The notes under the pieces were generated by a model. That model worked only from the letters and a program-made list of their open reading frames with translations. It was not told where the DNA came from and searched no databases. Of a DNA stretch of 62,620 bases, positions 28,558 to 37,751 are shown in pieces. Positions within the stretch are counted from its first letter, which is position 1; each line of letters begins with the position of its first letter. The DNA comes from Bacilli bacterium (GTDB taxonomy: Bacteria > Bacillota_I > Bacilli_A > RF39 > UBA660): the NCBI GenBank assembly GCA_022791775.1, contig JAAVZT010000013.1, forward strand, positions 1-62,620, written 5' to 3'. Both the position numbers and the translations under genes were made by a program.

Positions 28558-29376
28558 ATGGAGCATAATATAGAAAAAGAAAATGAATTAAAACCAAGTA
28601 CTCATATGTCTGTGGAACGATTTTATCAAAGAGGTTTACCTCGACAATATAAATCGATTTATCAATTTTGTGTTCATAATCGAATTATCTATGATTCATT
28701 TTTGAACTTTTTAGAAAAGTACAATACTTATTCTATTGCTGAGGTCTATAAAATTTATTTGAAATTGTTTGATTTTGAGCATTTAAGTGTTAGAAAAGCA
28801 GTGTATGGAATTTCATTAGATGCGATTTGTGTAAAGTATCAACTAAATAAAAAGGTAGTTTCTTCTAAAATAGGCGAGGGATTATCTTTATTAGAAGCTT
28901 TAGATTATGGTCTTCTAAAGACGCCGATCATTCCAAATGCAGTTGCTAAAAAAATAATGGAAATTGCTCCACAAATAAAAGCTGTAAGTACAGAATCTCA
29001 AATGGAGTCGTTAAGAAAGTTTTATTGTTTGGATTCTTTGACTTATCGTTATGTGCTTTTTTATGCAAAACGTTATCATGAAATTGAAAAAGCTATCAAA
29101 GTTTATGAAAATGTTTATTTGCTAGAATTTGGTTGGGAAGAGCAATATGGAGAAGAGATTCAACATTTGCATGCTAGTTCGAAAAATTTCGCGAAAGACT
29201 ATCAAAAGTTACATCGTAGAGCTCAAAAAGAATTATTAGAACAAATGAATTTAACAGAAAGAGAACTTTTAAATTATTATCAAAACTATTATGATTGTTA
29301 TCAAAAAAATGTTCAAAATGATGAAACTTATTGGACGTATTCTCCGATGAAAGCATATTTATCTAGAAAAAAATAG
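28558..29376 (+). CDS. Hypothetical protein
   Basis: 272-aa ORF with sigmaA-like promoter (TTGACA...TATAAT) and GGGGAGG RBS. Confidence 0.65.
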   Translation: MEHNIEKENELKPSTHMSVERFYQRGLPRQYKSIYQFCVHNRIIYDSFLNFLEKYNTYSIAEVYKIYLKLFDFEHLSVRKAVYGISLDAICVKYQLNKKVVSSKIGEGLSLLEALDYGLLKTPIIPNAVAKKIMEIAPQIKAVSTESQMESLRKFYCLDSLTYRYVLFYAKRYHEIEKAIKVYENVYLLEFGWEEQYGEEIQHLHASSKNFAKDYQKLHRRAQKELLEQMNLTERELLNYYQNYYDCYQKNVQNDETYWTYSPMKAYLSRKK

Positions 29377-29445
29377 GAATAATCAAATTATTCTTTTTTT
29401 ATTATTTTTGGTGCTTTTCTATTATTTATGATATAATATAATTAT

Positions 29446-29522
29446 GTTCGAGTAGCTCAGTTGGATAGAGCGTTTGCCTCCGGAGCAAAAGGTCATGGGT
29501 TCAACTCCCTTCTCGAACACCA
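29446..29522 (+). tRNA. tRNA-Arg(CCG)
   Basis: Acceptor GTTCGAG/CTCGAAC, anticodon arm TTTGC-CT CCG GA-GCAAA, A20, encoded ACCA; one U-U pair in the T stem. Confidence 0.93.
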
Positions 29523-29599
29523 AATTAATAGGAAACTCAAATTTGCGAGTAACAATAGAAAATTCTAATATTATTTAGAATTTTTTTATTAATCTTTAA

Positions 29600-30130
29600 G
29601 GATGTTATCTACGGCAGCAGATAATCAAAAAATCGCTCAAATATCGAGTGGTATTAAAATGTTTAGAGAAATATGACATCTCGCATGCTATAATATGTCG
29701 CTGTTCAAGCCCATATTAAGTAGGAAAAAAGCATATACAAAATATATGTGCAAGTATCATATTGTTTTCATTCCAAAATTTAGAAGAAAAGCAATTTATA
29801 ATAAATTAAGAGAAGATATTCAAAAATACATAAAATATTTATGTAAGTGGAAAGGTGTAGAAATAATAGAAGAACATATTATGTATATCTACCATTAGAA
29901 ATACTTCCTAAAATGAATGTGTTAAATTTGGAAGTAGAAATTTTGGGGCCACAAGATATATATAAGTGTTGTAGACTTAAAAGAAGTAATAAGTTAATGA
30001 TGAAAGAATATAAACCTAAACATAACTTAGGGATTGAACAAAGTAAAAGCCAGTCTTCATTTGGGAACTGGCTAATATTTCAGTCTTATAATCTGTATAA
30101 AAAACAGGCTTTCTAGACATGATTAGTTAT
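29600..30130 (+). mobile_element. tnpA: Degenerate IS200/IS605-family element (tnpA pseudogene)
   Basis: CKYHIVFIPKFRRKAIY...LCKWKGVEII, then broken ILPKMNV and FGSRNF fragments; flanking hairpins such as AGCCAGT...ACTGGCT near 30050-30073. Confidence 0.8.
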
Positions 30131-30227
30131 TTTATATTTGGAAATATTTTAAAATATGTTACATTAATGTTATAAAATAAAAAGTAGATGATATATGTAA
30201 TTTTGATAAATGAAATGAGATTTTAAA

Positions 30228-30668
30228 ATGAATGTAGAATTTAAGGTAGCGGAAGCGAAAGATATTGAAGGTATTATTCGGTTGTGTAACCAATGTTTTG
30301 ATGAAGATACTTCGTTATCTTATGCTAGGAAAGTTTTTGAAGAAAATCAACATGACCCTAATCAAATTTATTTAATTGGAATTATGAATGAGGAAATTGT
30401 TGCTCATGCAAAAGTAAATGTAATTCCCACTATTTATGAAGATATGAATACGTATGCTATTTTAAATCATGTTTGTGTGCGTTCTGATTTACGGCGTGGA
30501 CATATTGGGACAAAATTAATGGATGCATGTTTTAAAGTTGCAAAGGAACATCATTGTAAATGTGTGGAATTGTGGTCTAAAAATTTTCGAGTGGCCGCAC
30601 ATAGTCTTTATCATAAATATGGTTTTGAGGTAGTGGATGCTAAGTTTTTTTCTAAAGATGTGAAATAG
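30228..30668 (+). CDS. GNAT N-acetyltransferase
   Basis: HVCVRSDLRRGHIGTKLM (motif A), AHSLYHKYGF (motif B). Confidence 0.88.
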   Translation: MNVEFKVAEAKDIEGIIRLCNQCFDEDTSLSYARKVFEENQHDPNQIYLIGIMNEEIVAHAKVNVIPTIYEDMNTYAILNHVCVRSDLRRGHIGTKLMDACFKVAKEHHCKCVELWSKNFRVAAHSLYHKYGFEVVDAKFFSKDVK

Positions 30669-30676
30669 AGGATTTT

Positions 30677-31858
30677 ATGGAAATAAGTAATGTTTACATA
30701 GGTGGCTGGTTTCAACGAACCATGTTACAATTGTCGGAAATTTATGATTTTTTAAGAGAATGTAAAACTGAGTTAAAATTAGATCAGGAGAAGTTGCAAG
30801 AGCATCGTAAAAATTTAGAATTCGGAAATATTGAATACGGGGTTGCTGGGGAAGAATTTTTAACTTTTTCAACAGCATGTGGAATTCAAGTGAAAATTTT
30901 TGAAGATGGATTAATTGTGTTGAATAATCAAAATGTATCTGAAAATACTTTGTTTGCTGATATAGATAAAGTTCAAGATTATTATGAAAATAAATTGTCT
31001 CCGGCTTTGAATTATCTTTTTAGTTTGGGTGCTCCAGTTCCAAAAGAATTGGCGAGTATTGAAAGTGTTTATCCATATTTTATTGTTTGTGATAATTCTT
31101 CTCAAGAGCAAATTCATGAAATGTTGGTAAAAACAGAAAAGCAAAAATATTTTGAATTTAAAAATGATAAATACAGTGTGATACGAGGAGATAAGTATTA
31201 TTTTATAAATAATAAGTCTAAGTCGAATGATGAAATAGAACGATATATTGAAGAGCAGGTTTTTATTCGAGAATTTAAGGGGCAATTGCATCGTTATTTA
31301 AATATGCATCGAATTATTTGGGAAAAAATTGATGAAGTAAAAAGTCACATAAAAGTAAAAGGTTCTGAGATTGTGAAGTTTACTACAAAATTAGAGGGTT
31401 ATGCAAAAACCATTAATTTGATTGATGGAAGAATTAAACAGATGAGTACTTATATTTCAACTCGTGAAAAGATTGCGAAAAGTGATCAAGAATTAGCAGA
31501 GTTTTTAGAAATATCTGGTTATCGATATGAAACGTTACGAGACACGTTACAATATATTCAGTATTTATGGTCTATGACACAAAATTATGTATCTGCAGCT
31601 CAAAAGCAGTTCTCATCTTTAAAAGCAGATGTTACAAGTAAATCGGTAAATAGTTTAACCATTGTTACTTCTATGAGTGCTGGGGCAGCTATTCTAGGTT
31701 TATTTCAAAAATCCAAGCCAACTTTTTCGATGTTTGGAATCCTTTATTTCTTTTTATTGGCTTTTATTGGTTACGGGTCTCAAAAGTTATTAGGCTATAT
31801 TTCCAATCGTCAAAAATATGATGTGACCGATATAGATTATGAAAAAGATATCAAATAA
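30677..31858 (+). CDS. Hypothetical membrane protein with CorA-like topology
   Basis: Large soluble N-domain, long helical stalk, two C-terminal TM helices; no GMN signature. Confidence 0.55.
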   Translation: MEISNVYIGGWFQRTMLQLSEIYDFLRECKTELKLDQEKLQEHRKNLEFGNIEYGVAGEEFLTFSTACGIQVKIFEDGLIVLNNQNVSENTLFADIDKVQDYYENKLSPALNYLFSLGAPVPKELASIESVYPYFIVCDNSSQEQIHEMLVKTEKQKYFEFKNDKYSVIRGDKYYFINNKSKSNDEIERYIEEQVFIREFKGQLHRYLNMHRIIWEKIDEVKSHIKVKGSEIVKFTTKLEGYAKTINLIDGRIKQMSTYISTREKIAKSDQELAEFLEISGYRYETLRDTLQYIQYLWSMTQNYVSAAQKQFSSLKADVTSKSVNSLTIVTSMSAGAAILGLFQKSKPTFSMFGILYFFLLAFIGYGSQKLLGYISNRQKYDVTDIDYEKDIK

Positions 31859-31958
31859 TTTGATTCTTTTTTTGTTATCTTTTCTAGAAATATAACAAAA
31901 TAATATGTAAATTTAGGATAGGAAAAATATGGTAATTTTGTTATAATAAAAAATATAA

Positions 31959-33872
31959 GTGGGGGAAATTATTTTGTCTAATAAAAATATGATGATTCAG
32001 TTTAAAAAAGATGTTATTGTTTTAAAGGAGATTTTAGGTGCAGATGTTTTTGGAGCATTACTTTTTTTGCGTTATTTTTCTTCTCCATTAGATTTTGTCC
32101 AACTTTCTTTTGATAATATTGATTACGTTGATAAGGATACACCATGGAATTTTGTCGTTCGGTCTTCAAGAGAAGATTTGCCTTTACTTTTTTCAAATTT
32201 TCCTACTTTTTTTAAAGAGCATATAAATTTTGAACAGTATTTTCCTTGGCAACAAATCCAAGAGATAAAAGAAAAAGATTGGAAAGATGGAATCAGTTTT
32301 TTTTCTCATTTTTCGTTTTCTTTTAGTCATTTTTCTCAGTGGTTTTCTATTTTAGAACAAATTTTTTTTTCACGAGTAAGATTAAATGATTCATTTTTAA
32401 AAGGATTTCAAAATATTGATTTAAATGGAAAAGTTATTTCTGATCTCTGTGTTCAGAGTGGTCAAATTCTTTCTCAAATAATAAACAATAAGAAATCTAA
32501 TGTTTATTTGGCGAGCTCTCCAACTTTAATCGGATATGTTTTGAGTGAAATACGGTTTCGTACGATGCAGCAAAATGTAATTTGGAAAAATTTGGAACAA
32601 AATTATGATTCCCTAACTGATAAAGCAGACTTTATTGTATTGAATCCTCCTTTTAATCAAAAAACAGAACATCCGTTTGAAAGAAAAATACGATGGAAAT
32701 ATGGTATTTCGAGTAAAAATGTCAATTTTTTATGGATTCAACATGCTTTGGCTCATTTAAAAGAGAATGGTACCGCAGTCATGATATTACCAAATTCCAC
32801 TTTAACTACTATGATAGATAATGATTATCAAATTCGACGAAATATGATTTTAGATCATCAAGTAGAAGCCATTATTACATTTCCTGCTCATTTGTTTTTA
32901 GGAACTTCAATTCCTTTTTGTCTTTGGATTTTTCATGAGGATGTGAATCGTGAAGAAATTTTAATCATTGATGGAATGAAAGCAAGTACTAAAATTCATA
33001 ATTATTTGGATGCTATTGCGTCATGGATTTGGCAGTATCGTAATCATACCTTAGCTTCTCAGAATGAATTATTTACTGTGGCTAGTTTTATGGATATCGC
33101 TCGTCATGATTTTGTGTTAAGCCCTAATCTATATATGAATCATGCTAAAATAAAGTTAGATTTTTCTAGAAAACAACTTTTTAAAGAACTATTAAAAGAG
33201 GTAAATCGAAAGTATCCTTCTTTTGGAAAGTCGATCCACTGGGATGAGTTATTGGAACAGGTTTATCATTGTAAGTGGAATACTCATTTTTTAATGGATT
33301 ATTATGTTTCATCAGGTGGCATTCTAAAAGAAAAGTATTTTTTTGGAAGTGGTACGCCTTTATTAGATGTGAAAGATGTTGTACATTCTGATTTTCTTGG
33401 TAGCGATTTTTCGAAAAAAGTCCAAACTACAAGGGAAGAAGAGAGGAAATACAATATTTTAAAAGGAGACCTTTTTTTCAATCGAACTAGTGAGAATGTA
33501 AGAGAGCTAGCAATGTGTAGTATCGCACTTTATGATCAAGAAGGTGTTTATAGTAGTTATATTAAACGGTTTCGGCCGATTGAATCTAATTCTTTTGATT
33601 TATATTATTTAAGTGGATTTTTCCGAAGTGCTGTTTATCGAGATGAAATTGAAAAGATCGTTACAGTATATACTACTAGAGTGAGTATGGATCAAAAGAA
33701 ATTTTCTAAGGTTGTTTTGTATGTGCCAGAAAAAGAGATTGAATTAAAAATTGCGGAAGTTATTTGTACTTTGAATCATTATGATTTGAATGCTCATACT
33801 CTTTTAAAGCAGTTTCAAGATCTGTTTATTGAGCAATTTATTACGTATCCAATATGGAATGATAGGAGGTAA
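31959..33872 (+). CDS. N6-adenine methyltransferase (HsdM-like) fused to one HsdS-type target-recognition domain
   Basis: NPPF motif IV, WIQH...HL...G.A..ILPN, LF.GTSIP.C; C-terminal GDLFFNRTSE...TTR.S...P....KIA; motif I degenerate (DLCVQSG). Confidence 0.8.
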   Translation: MGEIILSNKNMMIQFKKDVIVLKEILGADVFGALLFLRYFSSPLDFVQLSFDNIDYVDKDTPWNFVVRSSREDLPLLFSNFPTFFKEHINFEQYFPWQQIQEIKEKDWKDGISFFSHFSFSFSHFSQWFSILEQIFFSRVRLNDSFLKGFQNIDLNGKVISDLCVQSGQILSQIINNKKSNVYLASSPTLIGYVLSEIRFRTMQQNVIWKNLEQNYDSLTDKADFIVLNPPFNQKTEHPFERKIRWKYGISSKNVNFLWIQHALAHLKENGTAVMILPNSTLTTMIDNDYQIRRNMILDHQVEAIITFPAHLFLGTSIPFCLWIFHEDVNREEILIIDGMKASTKIHNYLDAIASWIWQYRNHTLASQNELFTVASFMDIARHDFVLSPNLYMNHAKIKLDFSRKQLFKELLKEVNRKYPSFGKSIHWDELLEQVYHCKWNTHFLMDYYVSSGGILKEKYFFGSGTPLLDVKDVVHSDFLGSDFSKKVQTTREEERKYNILKGDLFFNRTSENVRELAMCSIALYDQEGVYSSYIKRFRPIESNSFDLYYLSGFFRSAVYRDEIEKIVTVYTTRVSMDQKKFSKVVLYVPEKEIELKIAEVICTLNHYDLNAHTLLKQFQDLFIEQFITYPIWNDRR

Positions 33873-33878
33873 TTTGGA

Positions 33879-34724
33879 ATGGAGTTTTCCTTGGAGAGTC
33901 AAAAACGTTTAGTTATTTTATTTGCTCTTTATGAGTTAGGTGGTTCGGCAAAGCGTATTAAAGTTTTAGAATATATTCAGAGTCAATCATATTGGCTTAA
34001 AAATGATCAAAATGATGAGACGTTGCAAACTAGAAACGAAAAAAAATGGCGGAATGATTTGTCTTTTGTACGTGAACATTTGGCAAGAGAAGGGTATATG
34101 ACAAGATTACTTCCAGGTATTTGGTCTATTACAAATAAAGGGATGAATTATTTAAATCATATCTTAATTCAGAATTTGCGAATGGTAAATTATGATCCTT
34201 CTTTTTTATTATCTAAAATTTGTTTTGACAAAATTCGACAGTATCGAATTCAAATGGAACAATCAGCCGATTCTATTTTTTTAAGTCAAGTATATTTTGA
34301 TAATTTTAATAGAGAAAATAGCAATAATTCTTCTGTACCAAAGCGACGAAATATTTCGAAGACGGGGAGTTATCCACGTAGTTCTACTTTATCTAGAAAA
34401 GCACTGCAATTAGCGGGACATCGTTGTACTATTCATTTAGAGCATCCTTCTTTTTTACGTCGCGATTTGGATGTCCTTTATATGGAACCTCATCATTTTA
34501 TTCCTATTGAAATGACAGCTTATTTTCAGGTTAATTTAGATGTATTAGATAATATTTTTTGTTTATGTAGTAATTGTCATAATCAAATTCATTATGGAAG
34601 AAAAGAAGATGCTCGTCAATTAGTAGAAACTTTATTTTCTCTTCGCAAAGACAAAATTTGTCAGATGTTAGGTCGCGAAATTACGTTACAAGAATTATAT
34701 CAAATTTATGATATAGCTGATTAG
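33879..34724 (+). CDS. Mrr_N-like winged helix + McrA-type HNH endonuclease
   Basis: ALYELGGSA...WRNDLSFVREHL...G....GIWSITNKG; C-terminal R..., C..., YMEPHHFIP, LD..DNI.CLCSNCHNQIHYG. Confidence 0.82.
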   Translation: MEFSLESQKRLVILFALYELGGSAKRIKVLEYIQSQSYWLKNDQNDETLQTRNEKKWRNDLSFVREHLAREGYMTRLLPGIWSITNKGMNYLNHILIQNLRMVNYDPSFLLSKICFDKIRQYRIQMEQSADSIFLSQVYFDNFNRENSNNSSVPKRRNISKTGSYPRSSTLSRKALQLAGHRCTIHLEHPSFLRRDLDVLYMEPHHFIPIEMTAYFQVNLDVLDNIFCLCSNCHNQIHYGRKEDARQLVETLFSLRKDKICQMLGREITLQELYQIYDIAD

Positions 34725-34768
34725 TGGCATTTTTTGCGCTTTTTTTGTTATAATGGCTATGGTGATTT

Positions 34769-35404
34769 ATGATGAAGCGCTTTCTTTTTATTATAGGTGT
34801 TTTTTTCTTTTTTTCTTTGCTAGCAGTTCTTTGGTATTTTCATTTAATCCCTCAAAAATATTATTTTAATGAAGATTTTGGCATTATCGATTATCATAGT
34901 AATTCTGATGCCGATCAAGATGGGATAGATGATCAAATGGATCTTTTGTTAGGAGCTCGTCATTATGTGGAAACGAAACCTAAATATCAGAGTAAATATT
35001 ATAAAAATGGATATCCCGATGATGAATATGGAGTTTGTACAGATGTAGTAGGGTTTGCTTTTCTAGCAGCAGGATATGATTTACAGAAATTGGTTTCTGA
35101 AGATATACACAAATATCCTCATTTATATTCTATTTCTACGATTGACGATGCCATTGATTTTCGCCGGGTTCGTAATCTTTTCGTTTTTTTGAAACGACAT
35201 GCAACCATGCTTACTACTAATATTTTCGAAATTGAGGAATGGCAAGGAGGAGATATTGTGGTTTTTCCGAATCATATTGCAATCATTTCAGATCGAAGAA
35301 ATCGAAAGGGAATTTCTTATATTATCCATCATGGAGGTCAACCCGTTTATGAAGAAGATTCGTTAGCACGATATGAAATTCTTGGCCATTTTCGTTGGAA
35401 ATAA
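34769..35404 (+). CDS. DUF1287-family (YijF-like) protein
   Basis: GYP....GVCTDVV, DLQKLV.ED, IDFRRVRNL, WQGGDIVVF..HIAIISD. Confidence 0.8.
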   Translation: MMKRFLFIIGVFFFFSLLAVLWYFHLIPQKYYFNEDFGIIDYHSNSDADQDGIDDQMDLLLGARHYVETKPKYQSKYYKNGYPDDEYGVCTDVVGFAFLAAGYDLQKLVSEDIHKYPHLYSISTIDDAIDFRRVRNLFVFLKRHATMLTTNIFEIEEWQGGDIVVFPNHIAIISDRRNRKGISYIIHHGGQPVYEEDSLARYEILGHFRWK

Positions 35405-35412
35405 AAAGAGAA

Positions 35413-36378
35413 TCAATTTTGATTCTCTAAGTAATAAGCGTAGTATTCATCAAAGGTAATCTGTTCTTGATATATTTTTTCAGCTATTTCTTTTCCAACA
35501 TAACGCCAATGCCAAGCTTCAAACATATAACCCGTTAAATATTCTTTTCCTTCTGGGTAACGTTCAATAAAGCCATAATGATGAGCATTTTCTTTTAGCC
35601 ATTGATATGTTTTGCTATCTTTAAAAGTGGCAGTAGATGTATCTTCTTTACTAAATATATCAAAAGCTAAACCACTTTCATGTTCTGAATGTCCTGGTCT
35701 AGCTGCTTGACTATCGGCCCGTTTTATTCCATAATTTTTTTTCAAATTATTATAAGTTTGTTCTTGCAAATCATAATCGCGATAACTTGAATTAATGATT
35801 AATTTTATTTCACTTTCTTGAGCTTTGGTGTGCATATCAATAAATGCTTCATAAGCTTCTTTTGTTCCTTTATGTTCTCCGTAACAGTACCAGTTACTTA
35901 TAGTTGTTATATTTTCGGGAGTATATTCTTTTTCTAATTGATAAAATTTATTTACTAGTACTAGATTATTTAAACTGGTATCAGCAGGAATGATTGTTTC
36001 ATACCATTCTTGATCAGCATGAACATTTACGATTGCGACAATATCATACATACTTTTATCTGTATTTTTTTCCTGAAATGCTAAATATTTTTCCATATTA
36101 GATTCGATATAGTATTTTTCTTTTATAAGTGGTAAAATGCGTTCATCTTTTTCTTGCGCTAACAATTCCATTATTTTTTCTTCTTTCAGTAATTCGATTA
36201 GCTCTGATGTTTCTTCTTTCGTATAACCTTTTTCTAATAATTTAAATTCATTTGTTTGTCGATATTTATAATCATTATAATAATTTAAACCTAAAATACT
36301 GATAACAAAAATAATGACGATACCTAAAAAGAGATAAATCACATTTTTCTTCATTTTTCTTTTTCGAATTGTTGTCAT
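35413..36378 (-). CDS. M15B D-Ala-D-Ala/LD-carboxypeptidase (VanY/LdcB-like)
   Basis: LVNK, SSYR, ARPGHSEHESGLAFD, GFIERYP, EAWHWRYVG; N-terminal anchor. Confidence 0.9.
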   Translation of the reverse strand: MTTIRKRKMKKNVIYLFLGIVIIFVISILGLNYYNDYKYRQTNEFKLLEKGYTKEETSELIELLKEEKIMELLAQEKDERILPLIKEKYYIESNMEKYLAFQEKNTDKSMYDIVAIVNVHADQEWYETIIPADTSLNNLVLVNKFYQLEKEYTPENITTISNWYCYGEHKGTKEAYEAFIDMHTKAQESEIKLIINSSYRDYDLQEQTYNNLKKNYGIKRADSQAARPGHSEHESGLAFDIFSKEDTSTATFKDSKTYQWLKENAHHYGFIERYPEGKEYLTGYMFEAWHWRYVGKEIAEKIYQEQITFDEYYAYYLENQN

Positions 36379-36479
36379 AATATCCCAACCTTATCTTTAA
36401 TCGCATTATATCATAAATTTTCTTTGACAAATAGTCTTTTTCCATGTAAACTGTAATTATAGTAGGATAGGGTGCAGAT

Positions 36480-36839
36480 ATGGATACGAATAAAAGGGTG
36501 TTACATTATTGTCCAAATTTTGACCGCATTATGAATTTTGATTTTTATGAAGGCGACATCGTTACAGAACGATTGATTTGTATATATGAAAAATTTATTT
36601 TTTCATCGGATTTAAGTATGGAAGAAGATGTACAGTTAGTAAGAGAGATTGACCGTGTAATTGGAAAATATATTGACGATTATGCGTTTCGCAAGGAAAT
36701 GCAAACTGAAATTTTTCGCGTGAAAGTTAAGAGAACATGTTCTAATATTTTAAAAGCAGTAGTAGAAGGAATCATTCGAATTTTTGAAAAATATGAAGAA
36801 GATTCGACACGGAATATTTATATTTCGAGATGGATTTAA
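36480..36839 (+). CDS. Hypothetical protein
   Basis: 119-aa ORF with TTGACA promoter and RBS. Confidence 0.6.
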   Translation: MDTNKRVLHYCPNFDRIMNFDFYEGDIVTERLICIYEKFIFSSDLSMEEDVQLVREIDRVIGKYIDDYAFRKEMQTEIFRVKVKRTCSNILKAVVEGIIRIFEKYEEDSTRNIYISRWI

Positions 36840-36970
36840 AATATATTAATATAAACTAAAATAGCAACGATTACTAAGATGATAGATAATAGTACGATTA
36901 TTAAATTGTCATTCATTCGTTGTTTTTTTATTTCTTTTTTTATTTCTTTTTGGGGAGTTATTTTTTTCAT
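36836..36970 (-). CDS. Small (44 aa) membrane protein missing from the ORF track
   Basis: MKKITPQKEIKKEIKKQRMNDNLIIVLLSIILVIVAILVYINIF*; RBS AGAGGA; upstream TATAAT. Confidence 0.6.
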   Translation of the reverse strand: MKKITPQKEIKKEIKKQRMNDNLIIVLLSIILVIVAILVYINIF

Positions 36971-37169
36971 ATTATCCTCTTTCATATCATTATTATAATC
37001 AAGTATAAGCTTATTTACTATTTTATCATTCTTTCGTTTACATTAATTTGACTTGTGCTTTTTTCTTTCTTGTATTCTTTTTTTGTTTATATTATAATTT
37101 GGACGGATTAAAAGGTTGCTTTCAATTAATTTTTTACTTCTAGTTTTTTTAGATAGAAATTTTTAATTT

Positions 37170-37352
37170 TTAAATTTTCTTTTGTTTTGTTATGAAGTTT
37201 TTTTTAGGAGAGACAATTAATTTACCGTTTTTAAATTCAATGATTAATTCACTATGAATATTTTGACTTGCTAAAATTGTAATTTTCTCTTTTTCTTTTA
37301 ATGTTAGATAATATTGATTGTCATTTTTCTGTGTGATTTTCATTTTTCTCAT
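37170..37352 (-). CDS. Small hypothetical protein, possibly AbrB/MazE-like
   Basis: KITQ....YYLTL...ELIIEFKNGKLIVSP pattern; divergent from an XRE gene. Confidence 0.35.
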   Translation of the reverse strand: MRKMKITQKNDNQYYLTLKEKEKITILASQNIHSELIIEFKNGKLIVSPKKNFITKQKKI

Positions 37353-37417
37353 TTCTTTCTAAATATTTCTTCTTAGTATAACAGATTTTTGGCAAAATAG
37401 GTTACTAAAAATCAAAA

Positions 37418-37726
37418 ATGGTTATGAGAAAATTTGGTAGAAGTGATGCTATGGGAATGAATTATAATTTTGATAAAGATGTAAAAGGAATAATTTGTAA
37501 AAATATGAAAATTGCTAGAAAACTTGCACAGATAAGATTGGAAGAAGCTGCTGAAATTTTTGATGTTTCAAATGAACATTTAAAACGGATTGAAGCAAAG
37601 AATGATCGTAATAGTATTTCTTTGATTTTGTTTTATAAAGCGACGAAAGTTTATCAACAACCAGCTGATTTTTTCTTTCAAGATCCTACTGAAAACGAAA
37701 AATTATTAAAGCATTTAAATAAATAA
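37418..37726 (+). CDS. XRE-family HTH protein
   Basis: IICKNMKIARK.....EEAAE...VS.EHLKRIE...ADFFF; start uncertain (37451 possible). Confidence 0.7.
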   Translation: MVMRKFGRSDAMGMNYNFDKDVKGIICKNMKIARKLAQIRLEEAAEIFDVSNEHLKRIEAKNDRNSISLILFYKATKVYQQPADFFFQDPTENEKLLKHLNK

Positions 37727-37751
37727 AAAAAGAACTTGTTTTGAAGTTCTT

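Noticed and set aside
29446-29522. Possible CGG or AGG codon reassignment, as reported for some uncultured Bacilli
   Set aside because: CGG occurs at conserved Arg positions (FeoA KRRL, ClpB EERLK, EYRKY, AVRRNP), the tRNA has the Arg identity element A20, and TGA is used as a stop.
30146-30159. ATTTTAAAATATGT as a third copy of the NUDIX-flanking repeat
   Set aside because: It matches only the AT-rich half and lacks the TGATATACTAT core, so it is plausibly chance.
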